The translations under genes and the position numbers were made by a program. DNA of 64,000 nt from Trichosphaerium sp. ATCC 40318 (lineage: Eukaryota > Protista > Tubulinea). This document shows, piece after piece, positions 53,073-64,000 of the stretch (position 1 is its first letter; each line of letters opens with the position of its first letter). Under the pieces are notes generated by a model. That model was not told the DNA's origin and ran no database searches. It saw nothing but the letters and a program-made list of their open reading frames with translations. The DNA lies in NCBI GenBank assembly GCA_038496445.1, contig JALMLS010000573.1:62001-126000 (forward strand), written 5' to 3'.

Positions 53073-53348
53073 TATCGTATGTAGGTGTCGCGTGCTTTGC
53101 AGTATTAAAGTATTGGTTTGATTTGAAGCATGTTAAGTTAGATTTATTTTCTTATTTAGTTCGAGTTTGTGCAATACTTCACTAACAAGTACCGTGTGCA
53201 TTACGTAAATCTTGACCCTTACAAATCTCAATACAACCCACAACCAATATGGCTAATACACTAAAACGGAACAACCCAACTTTTAGTTTTATGTAGGTAT
53301 ACAAAGCTATATTAAGCGTATTCAAATGTAGAACAGATCAGGTTTGTT

Positions 53349-54528
53349 TTAATACTGGTACCATTCTGTCAAGAAATCTACTATAGCATCTCCTATATCA
53401 TCTCCGTAGTCAGGTATAGCAGATGACCTCCGTAAATGAAAGGGACTTTCTATTTGAATAGCATCAACTGTGCCTGAGTCTCTACTTCCGTGATTTCTTA
53501 CAATAAAACCACCAGTGTAGTATCCGTATGACAAAGGCTTTGGAGTGCCGGGAGAAGGAACAACGTAATAGCCGCTATTCTCTAGTAGAGCTCCTAGGCT
53601 TTCAATACCTCTGATTATTTGAGAAAATGGAGTTGAAGAAAAAGTTGCAGCAAGGTTAGAAATACTTCCTTTCGAAGAAATAGCGTCTAAACCAGCATCT
53701 ACAGGATTAAAACCAAGTTAGTTTTTACGTCGGTTTCTATACAAATCACGTGATATACACGTTGGCGTACCGTCTTTGTTTAAGTTAGTTCTTGACACTG
53801 CGTAGCCAAGCTCAACCCATTGTTGTGAGTGGCTTGATACACCATGAACGTCAATCAAAAGACCAGCTCCGTATTCTTGAACGACTCTGTCTTTGGCGCA
53901 ATTAATAAAAGCATGGTATTTATCCCTGGTTTAAATATTACTTCTTGATAACTCCTATATATAGTACCATGCTGCGAGAGCATCCGCGTTCGTAGATTGA
54001 GTAGAATCTGTTCTGTCACGGTTCATATCGACCTATTTTTAGAATTAACGTCATTTCGGAGTTTGTATACTATTACCTTCGCTCTCCTTATGTATGCCAC
54101 AATTGTATGTGTTGTATTACCTGTTAAGCTTGAAATTCGATTAGCAATGCGTTCAGCCAAATTTATTGTTCGGGTGTCAGCACTTGTTGATCCTAAATAA
54201 AGAATCAATTGCTATGTTTTACATAAAGAACTGTTTGACTGCTTACCGGAGGTTCTGTCTGGGATACTGGAAGGTGCTATTAACCCACCGTGTGGGACAG
54301 AGAGTATAATTGGAAGGTTTCCTGTTGTATATTTGACATATTGGTTACTGCCATCGTAGTTGATATCACCAGCGCTATGGGACTGTAGCGGACATGGATC
54401 GAAAGAGCAATAGCAATAAGATATTAATACAATACCTAATTGTATAAAAGAGTTAGGATTGGTAGGTAGAAATATGTAGTGTTATTCGTAGCCGTACCGA
54501 AAATTAAGAGGTGTGTTGTCGTTGGCAT
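53349..54528 (-). CDS. N-formylglutamate amidohydrolase (FGase)-like protein with signal peptide
   Basis: GNLPIILSVPHGG..ADTRT..DMNRD..YHAFI..LLIDVHG..VELGY..YYTGGFIVRNHG..DAIQIESP. Confidence 0.8.
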
Positions 54529-54942
54529 GAGTAGCATTTATTAATTGTTTACTTAACTTGCTTTTTCAATGAAATGATAAGACTAGCCATTTTGGCAACG
54601 TCTTATCTCCATGAAATGATTTAAAGACAACGTGTATTATTGGGATACAATTGATTCGAAGCACATACAATGGACACTTGGCATTGTTTTAACCATTTTA
54701 TGGTAAGTACAACTGATTCATAGTATTGCTCCACGCGGAAAACTGAGAAAAAAAGCTAATTTTCGATTTTTGAAAGTTTCAAACGTGCACTAATGCCAGG
54801 ATAAAAAGTAATAGAGCTAGTAAAGTTAAATCTCCAATACATCTTGAACTTTATTTGTATAGACCTGCTTAACATTAAAAGTGTCTCCGATATTTCTTTG
54901 TAACATAAAGATCGTGATCAAAAAGTGAGAAATAAATACCCA

Positions 54943-55176
54943 TCACACGAATATATCGTGCCATGGGACATATTCTTCACAAACTGACCAACGAAATTTA
55001 TTGCCATTTTGCCAATAGTAGGATGCACTGCCATGAAACATCATCCAAACTTCATATTGGAGAGTACCATCGTTCATATACATCTTTCCTAAATGACACT
55101 TATCGTTCTCAAACTGCCCTTTGTATTGAATAGTACCATCTGGAAGATACTTCTCTCCAGTACAATGAATTGGCAA
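54943..55176 (-). pseudogene. MORN-repeat fragment
   Basis: GEKYLPDGTIQYKGQFENDKCHLGKMYMNDGTLQYE..GSASYYWQNGNKF; degenerate, no real start codon. Confidence 0.55.
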
Positions 55177-55341
55177 CTTAATAGTTACCCTGTTATATTT
55201 CTGGCGTAGTGGAGCTTAATTGTGCACACAAAATAAGCGCTCTTGTCCTGAAGGTTGATCAGAATTTGGTGCACAAGAAGTGCGGTTTTGGACGCCAAAA
55301 TCTGGCTTGAATTAACACACAACACACATCAAGAAGTTCCA

Positions 55342-57505
55342 ATGCTTCGCTCTGTTGCCGCTAGGCGCTACACATGCAGTCGCATTAAAAGAAATGCGCG
55401 AAAACAACATTTGGTTCTACAAAGTCGCAAATACGCCTTTAAGATTGACGTTGGTGCGTTTGGCGCCTCTTGTAAACTATTTATGTGTTATTAGCTAAAA
55501 AGGCTAAGAAAACTGAGCTTTGGCTTTGGGGATACGCTCCAGATGGTGCTTTGGGCGTAGGAAGGAGATCAACTGTTAAAAAACCGACATTACACAAAGA
55601 AATGTCAAAACATAAGCCAGTCGCTGTAGAATGCGGTGAAAAGCATATCATAGTATTAACAGACGACGGTTAGTTTATTTACGCATTTCTCCGACGTATT
55701 TCATCAAAAACCTTACTATGAAACCAAGGAAAGCTGTGGAGTGCTGGTTCTGGTCTTTTGGGTGGCTCTGGGCAACCGGTAAACTAACAAAAACCGGTTT
55801 ATATTTTTTTACTTACAACTCGACACAAGGATGAGTTCTTACGGACATTTAAAACAATGACAGTACCTGAAGATATTCAAATCCAAAACATTATTTCTGG
55901 TAGACTTCACTCAATCATACAAGATGGTACGTACTCGCAAAACCCTAAGGTTGTGTATCGGAAGTCTTTTCTTCTTCTTTTTTTTTTTTTTTTGATGTAA
56001 ATGAGCACGTGGATATTTTTGGTACGTATGCTTTTATATTTATCTTGGTGTTAGATAGAGGTCAATTATATAGTTTTGGTAGTGGAAACAGTGTACGTTG
56101 AGGTGTTGTTTAACTGCTTGGCTACCGTTTATTCTGTCAAAAATTCTTTCAAGTCTTTTTAAGTTATTTCAATGAAAAACAAAGAAGGATTCGGATTTAG
56201 AGTTTTGTCGTTTCGTTTACCAAATAACTACAAGTGAACTTCGTATTTGGTGCTTATTTTTTTTTGATTTTAGGGACAACTTGGTGTTCCACGTAGTGAT
56301 GATAATGAGTTGGATTTTATGTCGTATAAACCAGTTCATATCGAGGAACTAAAAGATCATAAGGTAGTTACTGTTGCTGCAGGTGGTCTACATAATATAG
56401 TAGTAACTGATAAAAATAAACTTTTCGGTTGGGGACTATCTCACTTTGGACAAGCGGGTACCTATCTCTCAGTTCTACGATAAAAAAACCAATATTTTTT
56501 TGACACTTCTTACTTTGTTTGTTTTTTTTTCCAAAACGCATACTCTGTGCTCTACAACACTATCTATCATTTTTTGATACAAAGGTTTCACTGTGCATGA
56601 GTCATTTGTTCAGCAAATAGAGTACAACACCCGTTAAAAAACAGCTTTTTGACTTTCAGAAAAGAAATATAAAATCAACTTCCGAACAAACAAAGATGTT
56701 CCTGACTGTTTTTTTTAGGTATTGGATCTTTATTCACATCTATAATACCTGCTCCATTGGCAGGACCTATTGTAGACACTAAAATCAAAATTGTGAAAGC
56801 GTTTACACATCATAATGTTGCAATTGGTGAAGATAGTTCTGTTTGGTTTTGGGGTTGTAACAAAAATCATCAGTTATGTACCTACAAACCATATATGACA
56901 CCAATAGCAACACGCATTAGCATGACTATGATGCCATTCTTAAAAGCAGGTATAAATAGCTAGTCTGAGTCAAAACTCTCGGCAACGTGAAAGCAACACT
57001 TCAAGTTTGCTTTTTTGAACGACATCCAACTTACTTTTGACTTTCAGGTGAGACTATAGTAGATGTAGCAATGGGAAGCTTACACACAATATTCCTTACT
57101 TCAAAAAACAGACTTTTTGGTTGTGGTGATAATACATACTTTCAGCTTGCTTCTGATAGGCTCAGCATAAAAGGTTTTATGGAAATTAAAACTGAAAAAA
57201 AAGGATCAAAGATTGTTCAGATTGCATGCTCACAGTATGGTAATTATGCTGTAACTGAAGAAGGAGGTGTTTGGGTATGGGGTCTTAATAGTGACTATCA
57301 ATTGGGTGTAGGCACGTTCAGTGTTTGTTATTTTTTTGACAAACAAAAATATTTTTCTCATTTCTTTCTTATATTTTTCTTCATAGCTGGTGAAGATACT
57401 GTGTTCCGTCCTTACTATCATAAACCTGAAAATTTCGGTGGAGGTAAGGTAATATCCTTGGCAGCATCATATGGTACAACAGCAGTAATTGTGGAGGCAC
57501 AGTAA
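55342..57505 (+). CDS. RCC1-repeat protein with mitochondrial-like presequence
   Basis: MLRSVAARRY..; LWLWGYAPDGALGVG, VAVECGEKHIIVLTDDG, VAAGGLHNIVVT, GVWVWGLNSDYQLG. Confidence 0.85.
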
Positions 57506-58130
57506 CTAGATAACAATAAAAAAAAACAAGATTGCCGTTTGATTAAGCCGTACCAATGTAAACGTTCTTGCCCATGAGAAATTTAAAATGCAATACTTGT
57601 GTTAAAGTTCTTAGTGAGTAATAGATATCACGATAGGAGTTGAGTTAAAAAAAGCAAAACGTTTTTGTTGGTCTTCACCTTTACAAATGAAGTAATTTAT
57701 GCAGTTGCTTACATGCTCCGTGTTTTTACTATCAAAGCAATTATACTCTTTCTTTTCTTTTTAAAATCAACAAACTCTGTGACTTCCTCAAGCGCAAATC
57801 CGCCAACTCCTTCTCTTTTCCTTTCGCTGCATCACCTTAGGAAGGACCCCACTGGAGTTCTTGAAATGAAGTTGGTGCTCAGTGATGAACAACTCAAAAA
57901 TGGATTATCGTTAATCGTTTTTATTGTTAGGTAGATGGAGTTACCAAAATTGTAAGCCAACTGAGTTTTGTAAGGGTCAAGATTTACGTACTGCACGTGG
58001 TACTTGTTAGTGAAGTATTGCACAAACTCGAATGACAAAAACACTAAATAAGAAAATAAATCTAACTTAACATGCTTCAAATCAAACCAATACTTTAATA
58101 CTGCAAAGCACGTGACACCTACATCCGATA

Positions 58131-59973
58131 ATGGGCGTAATTACGCCATTTATTCTATTTCTTTTCGTTTCCGCTTCGTATTGCGCATTACGCGTTCTTT
58201 CTGGTCCTTTAATTGGAACAACAATACCTTCATCTGAATGGATAAACGAAACACCATTTGTTTCAGCCCACAACTTTTCTCTTGTGCGGTACAAAAGTGG
58301 ATTAAACGGTACTACTGTTTCTCCGGCAAAGCCCAACCGCGCTGTAGAGCCGGCTTATGATATTATTTAATTTTATTGTTAACTCCCAATTAAAGGAGAC
58401 GCAGTTCTTTTAGAACATTCAGAGTTGACAAGTGGTGTTATAATAGAAGCCAGTAAACAGTACAAAGCAGTAATTATTGAATGGTCAACCACATACATGA
58501 GCCCAGGATGTTCTATGTATTTTTTTTACGGTACAATTTTGGAGACTTTAAAAAATCCTTTTTTTTGTGAATCACGTGATACTTTATTTTTCTCTATTTT
58601 GTTGAAAGTACATGATTATCTTCTTACATTTGTTAAAGAACGAGCATCTCGTCATTTGAATGTACCTGTAGTTGAAATAAGTCGGGACGATATAAACGTA
58701 CTGTATTCAAACGATACGTTAGAGATAGAAATTACTCCTGGCACGCACTGCTCTCGTTTCTCTTTTCTTGTTGCTCTATAATCATTGCTAACTTTGGTCA
58801 GGCGGAAATAAATGTAATGAGTACTTTACCAGCGTGTGGCATGTAATATTTCAGACAGTTCTCATGGCACTCTGTGTGAGCGTTATTGCACTATGTTTCT
58901 ATAGGTACTAAACTTTTATATTTGTGTAAGCAATAACCTTATCTTTACGCCTATAGGCTATATCAATATTACTCAAAAAATTATTGTGGTATGTCTCTGG
59001 GTATTGTAGCAATATCCATCGAGCTTTTTGCAAGTGCACGTGCGTCAAGCGCCGTATTAATGTCAACTTCTGAATTTTTTTTTAAACAGTGAAGTTTATC
59101 AGCATTATAAACTTTTTTGGATCTCATCGCTTGTATCACTACCAAGCCGATGATTTTCTACTTACATTTAGTACACCTTTCACAACGATAACAAATGTGA
59201 TGGTTACGATGTTTTGGTAAGTGAATGAAACGCTTTAAAAAACAACTTAAACTAAGGAATTAAGGCATGAAGCTCTTGTACATAAAGGGCTTGCTGTACA
59301 CAAGTTCTTGCATACGACACTCTTCAGAGTTTTATTTTTCATGCTATTCGTTATTCTAGTAGCGTTCGAAGTCATGGCATCAATTGCACGGCTAGCTTCT
59401 AATGACACTCCTACTATTGTGGTATTGATACCTCATGTTCTTAACTTTGTAACAAACCTGGCAACTTTGATTTACAGCACGTTTATCCTCTACCAAGCAC
59501 GTGAATCTTAATACATAAAGCCACTTGGTATTAATGGGTTAAACCTAGGTATACAAGAAGTTATCTATCGCAGCTAAGGACACTTCAAAGAGCGTGCTAA
59601 GAAAAGTACCTGATTTAGTTGTAATAGTGAAATCTAATTCCTTTTCCAGATACGTTTCCGTATGACTGCCAATAGTGTTCTGTTATTATTACTTCTTATT
59701 TGTATTATTGTATTGGCTATACCACCTCCAAAAAAAACAGCTGTTATTGCAACAACATTGATTACTGGCGTGTTCTATGCACTTCAAATATCGCTATCAA
59801 TTCTACAGGTACATTGAAGAAAAAAAAAAGAATTCCTTTTTTTTTAGTTGTCTAATGCGTTGTCAAAGGTTTATTCGTTCCAACCGCCTACAAAACCTAA
59901 TAAAGGATCTACTAACTCTACTGAAATAACAATAAAATCTGTGGTATCAGAAGTTGTAACCACAGAAGCTTGA
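58131..59973 (+). CDS. Signal peptide + PA-like ectodomain + 7TM protein, paralog 2
   Basis: Same exon structure as 51168-53072; exon 1 nearly identical, remainder diverged. Confidence 0.7.
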
Positions 59974-60995
59974 AAAAACAAAATAAAATTATTGTCTTCT
60001 TTTTTCTTAATATGGTACTGAACTATCTTCAGCTGTGTCCCTATTATTTGCGTCATTTTTCATGCATGCATCAATTTTTCCATTGCATAACAGGCTCCTC
60101 ACGTTGATTACAATGGGTGGGTAAGAATAAGGATTAAGTTTTTAATTAAAAAGCTCTTTTGCAATCCGGTCAATTCCTGTGAAACCAAAAAAACGTTCAC
60201 CAGCCAGAAACCGTAAACTAGTTGTTTATAAAAATAAGGCGAAATTATATCCATTGGAAGTGCCACATGTGGACACGATAAAGCGAGTAGCAGTTGTACT
60301 TTTTAAGTTTCTTTCTCGTAGCTCATTCCGGAACTAGCCCGCGGAGAACCGAATCAAGTTTTAACTACAGTGTTATTGATCCTCCTTGTAGCATTTGGAG
60401 AATAATTCGAGCCTAGAAGATAACACATAACTATTTTTTAAGACTGTTTCCTGGATTTCCAATATCGGGATTACCTCTTTCTAAATATCAACCTTAAAAC
60501 GCACCTCGTTACACAAGACATATTGTTTCTTATGGCAAGTACCATATTATTTTATAGGTGCTTAAACTGGTTAATGATGATTTTAGGCTAACGCAACTTC
60601 GTTTATAGCTTGGGCTGTTTATCGCCGTTACAACATACACTCCACCGATCATGTAGATGGAAAGAATAAAACTAGGTAAGAAATATATGCATCTCCCAAA
60701 TTTTATTAGCATCACAATACTGTATGTAAACCACGTTCAGCATATCAAGGCGTGTCACCAAAATATAGAAGGCGGTTGGTACTTAATCACGTGTCTTATC
60801 CTAACTTTAATACAAAAACAGATCTAAAAGCGAGACTGTCAAAGTTGGCATTACCGAAAACTGCTGTAGCGTCTCAATAGGGAAGAATGTTTTCCGAGAA
60901 ACAACTCAAAACACCAAAACGAACATGTACTACTGCTATGTAACAACTAGGGAGCCTGTCATTTTATTGTGATACCAAACAAGTTACAAAAGGCA

Positions 60996-61453
60996 TCAAT
61001 AGAGTAGACTTGCTAAAAAACCGCTAAATGTAATGGCTAGAAAAAATGCACGAGGCTCTGTTGCCACAGAAGTAGGTGGGCTTGTAGTGGGAACAGTTGA
61101 AGGAGCAATCGCTGGAGGCTGTGGTTTTATAGTAGGTGGTAGCGTTGGGGCTACTTAAACAGTAGTTTAGATGAATCGAGTATTGTAAAAGACGTACAAG
61201 TTGAAGGTTGAGGCTTGTGTGATGGTGGAGTGGGGTAATGCTGGTAAGGTGCAGATGTAGGATTTGTGCTGTTGTGGGCTGGAGCTGTTGAGTTGCTTGA
61301 GTTTGAATACGGTGAATATGGTTCGAATGATGATGGTGTTGGAGCTACAGCACGTGGGGAAGTAGGCATATGTGTTGGTGGAGCTGTAGGTGGATCGTAT
61401 GAGGTCGAAACTATGGACATAGCACATAGCAAAACTAGCAATTGTTGCGACAT
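60996..61453 (-). CDS. Small Pro/Thr-rich secreted protein with hydrophobic C-terminus (possible GPI anchor)
   Basis: Signal MSQQLLVLLCAMSIVS; one GTACGT intron; ends AFFLAITFSGFLASLLY*; stalk resembles that of the gene at 1-2144. Confidence 0.7.
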
Positions 61454-62920
61454 AATTTCTGTCTTTTCTGGTTTGAATTTTCACACATAGTAAAGTGATT
61501 CAGTTGGTACACCAGAAGTACAGAGCGTGTTGTTGTTGTTTAAACGTTCAGTAAGGGGCAGATTCTTTGCTTTTATAAAGTGAAATGAATCACTCTTGTA
61601 ATAGCCAAAGCAAAGTTGTGCTGCACAAAACATGAGTATTGTCTAAAAGAAATGGTTTATTTCTACAGTTAAATTCGCAACCGCTAGTTTTTTACACCGG
61701 ACAAACTTGTTCTTAGCTTAAGACAAGCCAGAAATTCGCACTTTTTTCTGCGTTTCTTTTTTTTTTTACAGTAATCGTGTTCTGCAGAAAATTAACAAAA
61801 TACTACAGAATAAGCATTGAAGATTTGGGTAGCGATAAAAAAACTTACAGTTAGTCGGATTTTGCTAATTTGGCTTGAAGTATGAAGAACTAGCAACAAA
61901 TAAACCAAAAAAAGAGCTTGTCTGATGTGAGTACCAGATCTTTTATTCTAAAAACTGCAGTTAAACAATTCGCTTCTTTTTCCAGGAATCGCTTAAGACA
62001 CGTGTCAATACATCCTAACACTTAATTGCAACCGAAGAGTCTAACTTTATTATTGCCGTTGATTGTAGGCAGGCAGTTACAAATAGCTAGGCTCTATACG
62101 GAAGCACCATAAATAATACAGTTCCCACTATCCCGTTAAATATTGTCCAAACACGAACTTGCTAAGCAATACAAGCCGGAAATGACAAGAACCAACTTTT
62201 GGTGGATTTTAGTACTTTTAGCAGCAAGCTATCTTAAGTCTACAAAGTAACGAGTCATTATTAATATGTGTACAATGTAAACAAATAATACTAGTTTGGC
62301 CTACTACAACTTGGAAAAAAGTGGTATCTCACTTGCTAATTTTCTGTGAACTACATTGGTGAATGACGAAAGAAGTGGACTTTTCAACGAATGTACTTTG
62401 TACAAAATCATACAAAACCATACCCGGTTAACCACACAAGCAAAAAGCTCACAATGGGAAAATCTAGAAACTCAAGACGTGGCGTAACAGTCTCCCCACG
62501 GTATGGGAAAAAAAAAATGCACAATAGAAGGAAAAGAGCAAACACAAGATCCAACGCTGCCAAAGGAGAGTTCCATCCGGCATTAAAGCGATACACTGCA
62601 AACTGCAGTAATTGGTTGCGTTCACCAGCGAAAGTATAGGGCGTGTAACTTTGGCTTCATAGACGAACACACTTTCGAACAATCTATAAAAAAAAGTGCT
62701 TCATGGATTGTTGTCTTTGTGCCAAATAGCCTTTGCTACCTTTCAGGATTCCGTATTACACTTGAAACAAGGAACGAAGATAATTCATGTTTGTATAGTA
62801 TTGTACAATAATAAATAACTATAACCAATAAGATCCATTAATAGGATACTATGACAGTACACCACGTTCAGCTGCTCAAGGTGTCATAGCTATGCTCTGG
62901 TACTTTGTCGTCAGTTCCAA

Positions 62921-63340
62921 TTGTTTTCAATCGTTACATCACCTAACAATATCGAAATATCAACGATATTACAGATAGAGATCTCAAAGCATTGGCAGGT
63001 GTTAAGTCCCTTTATCTTCCGTGAAAAAGTGACGGATGAAGGCATTAAAGCACTCAAAAGGCGTTCAAACAAATTGATCTCTCACTCACCAAGTGACAGA
63101 CGAACGTTTGAAATTGAAAGGATACATACCATTTGGCTCAGTGAGTGCAAACACGTGACTGATAAAGGCCTTAAAGCGCTCAAAGGTGTTCATACAATTT
63201 ACCTTGATGGATGTAGTGTGACAGATGAGGGTATTAAGGCATTAAAAGGAGTTCATAGTATTCAGCTATTCAATACTATAGTAACAAAGAAAGGTGTAAA
63301 AGATATTCTAGAATACACGCCTGACATTCGCTGGACATAA
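62921..63340 (+). pseudogene. Truncated paralog of the intronless LRR family (2588-3493)
   Basis: IHTIWLSECKHVTDKGLKALKGVHTIYLDGCSVTDEGIKALKGVHSI; N-terminal part degenerate. Confidence 0.6.
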
Positions 63341-63549
63341 AAGAATAGGTAATAAACCTATGCTGGATAGACCATAATCACAGAAGAGGATCTAACAGTT
63401 GAGGGTATTACAAAGTTGCCAATCCATGCATGTGAACCTTTTATTTTAATGGGAATGGCTCTTTAATTTGGTTGTAAACGAATAAACATTTCACATTTCT
63501 TTTTACGATTGAGTTGTCCATACTAACGATTTCCAATACGAATGAGGAA

Positions 63550-64000
63550 TTTCGACTCGTAAAAAGTTGAGCGTAAAAATAATATGGTTCAGAGATTTGG
63601 TCTTTTTTTGGTTTATTTTTACGCTCAAAACTTTTCACTCGTAATCGTAATTTACATGTAAATGTTGTTAGTGAACTACTGAGGCTTAACCTATGTTTTA
63701 TTAAGTTTACAAGGTTGTTAATAATGACAGTGCTGTCACAGTGATTGAAAAAAAAACCAATTGATTCACTTCTATTGATGAGAGCCTACTGAGCACTTTC
63801 TAATGACTTTAAAGTATAACGTTGCAAAAGCAGCGTTAAACAACATTTCAATGTATCCGAAGAGCTTGTATAAGGACCAATAACAAGTGGTGATCTTTTT
63901 TGTATTAATGACTGTATTGTGCAACCAATAAATAAAGTGTTTTTGAATGAGTTACGATTTACGAGTGAAAAGCATTGAGCGTAAAAAAAACGTAAAAAAC
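63550..64000. repeat. Nested inverted repeats built on TTGAGCGTAAAA / CTTTTCACTCGTAA, probably a MITE or transposon end
   Basis: 63618-63650 is the reverse complement of ~63950-63985; a further copy at ~63560-63580. Confidence 0.55.

Noticed and set aside
58326-58398. GC donor in intron 1 of the 7TM paralogs
   Set aside because: The frame is kept only with the upstream GTACTA donor
62391-62639. Short basic ORF (MGKSRNSRR..)
   Set aside because: No recognisable family or splice support; may be a transposon remnant or chance

Overview
AT-rich, intron-rich eukaryotic nuclear DNA. Introns are short (~40-200 nt) with a GTAC/GTACGT-biased donor. The gene content (Zn2Cys6 factor, Frizzled/Smoothened-like receptor, PPR, amoeba-type ART domain) suggests a protist, possibly amoebozoan; this is inference. 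Conserved genes (CWC15, PPR, Zn2Cys6 TF, TPM-domain, GH74-like, Notchless, RCC1-repeat, FGase-like, two tRNA-Ser(AGA)) alternate with repeat- and transposon-rich accessory zones (about 16-28 kb, 45-51 kb, 60-64 kb). The standout locus is a minus-strand gene at 19323-23475. It has 11 one-exon-per-repeat ankyrin units separated by 10 near-identical hairpin-containing introns. The units are diversified almost only at the DARPin-type binding positions and are fused to an H-Y-E ADP-ribosyltransferase (PARP-like) domain. This is a candidate shuffling, variable-receptor/effector (immune-like) system. Other notable signals: strong enrichment of the palindrome TCACGTGA (often intronic), several GC-AG introns, a chymotrypsin-fold protease with Cys at the nucleophile position, a Mrr/McrB-N-terminal-like PUA domain gene, and an inverted pair of PA-domain 7TM genes with a homogenised 5' tract. 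Exon structures were deduced by eye; no database searches were run.
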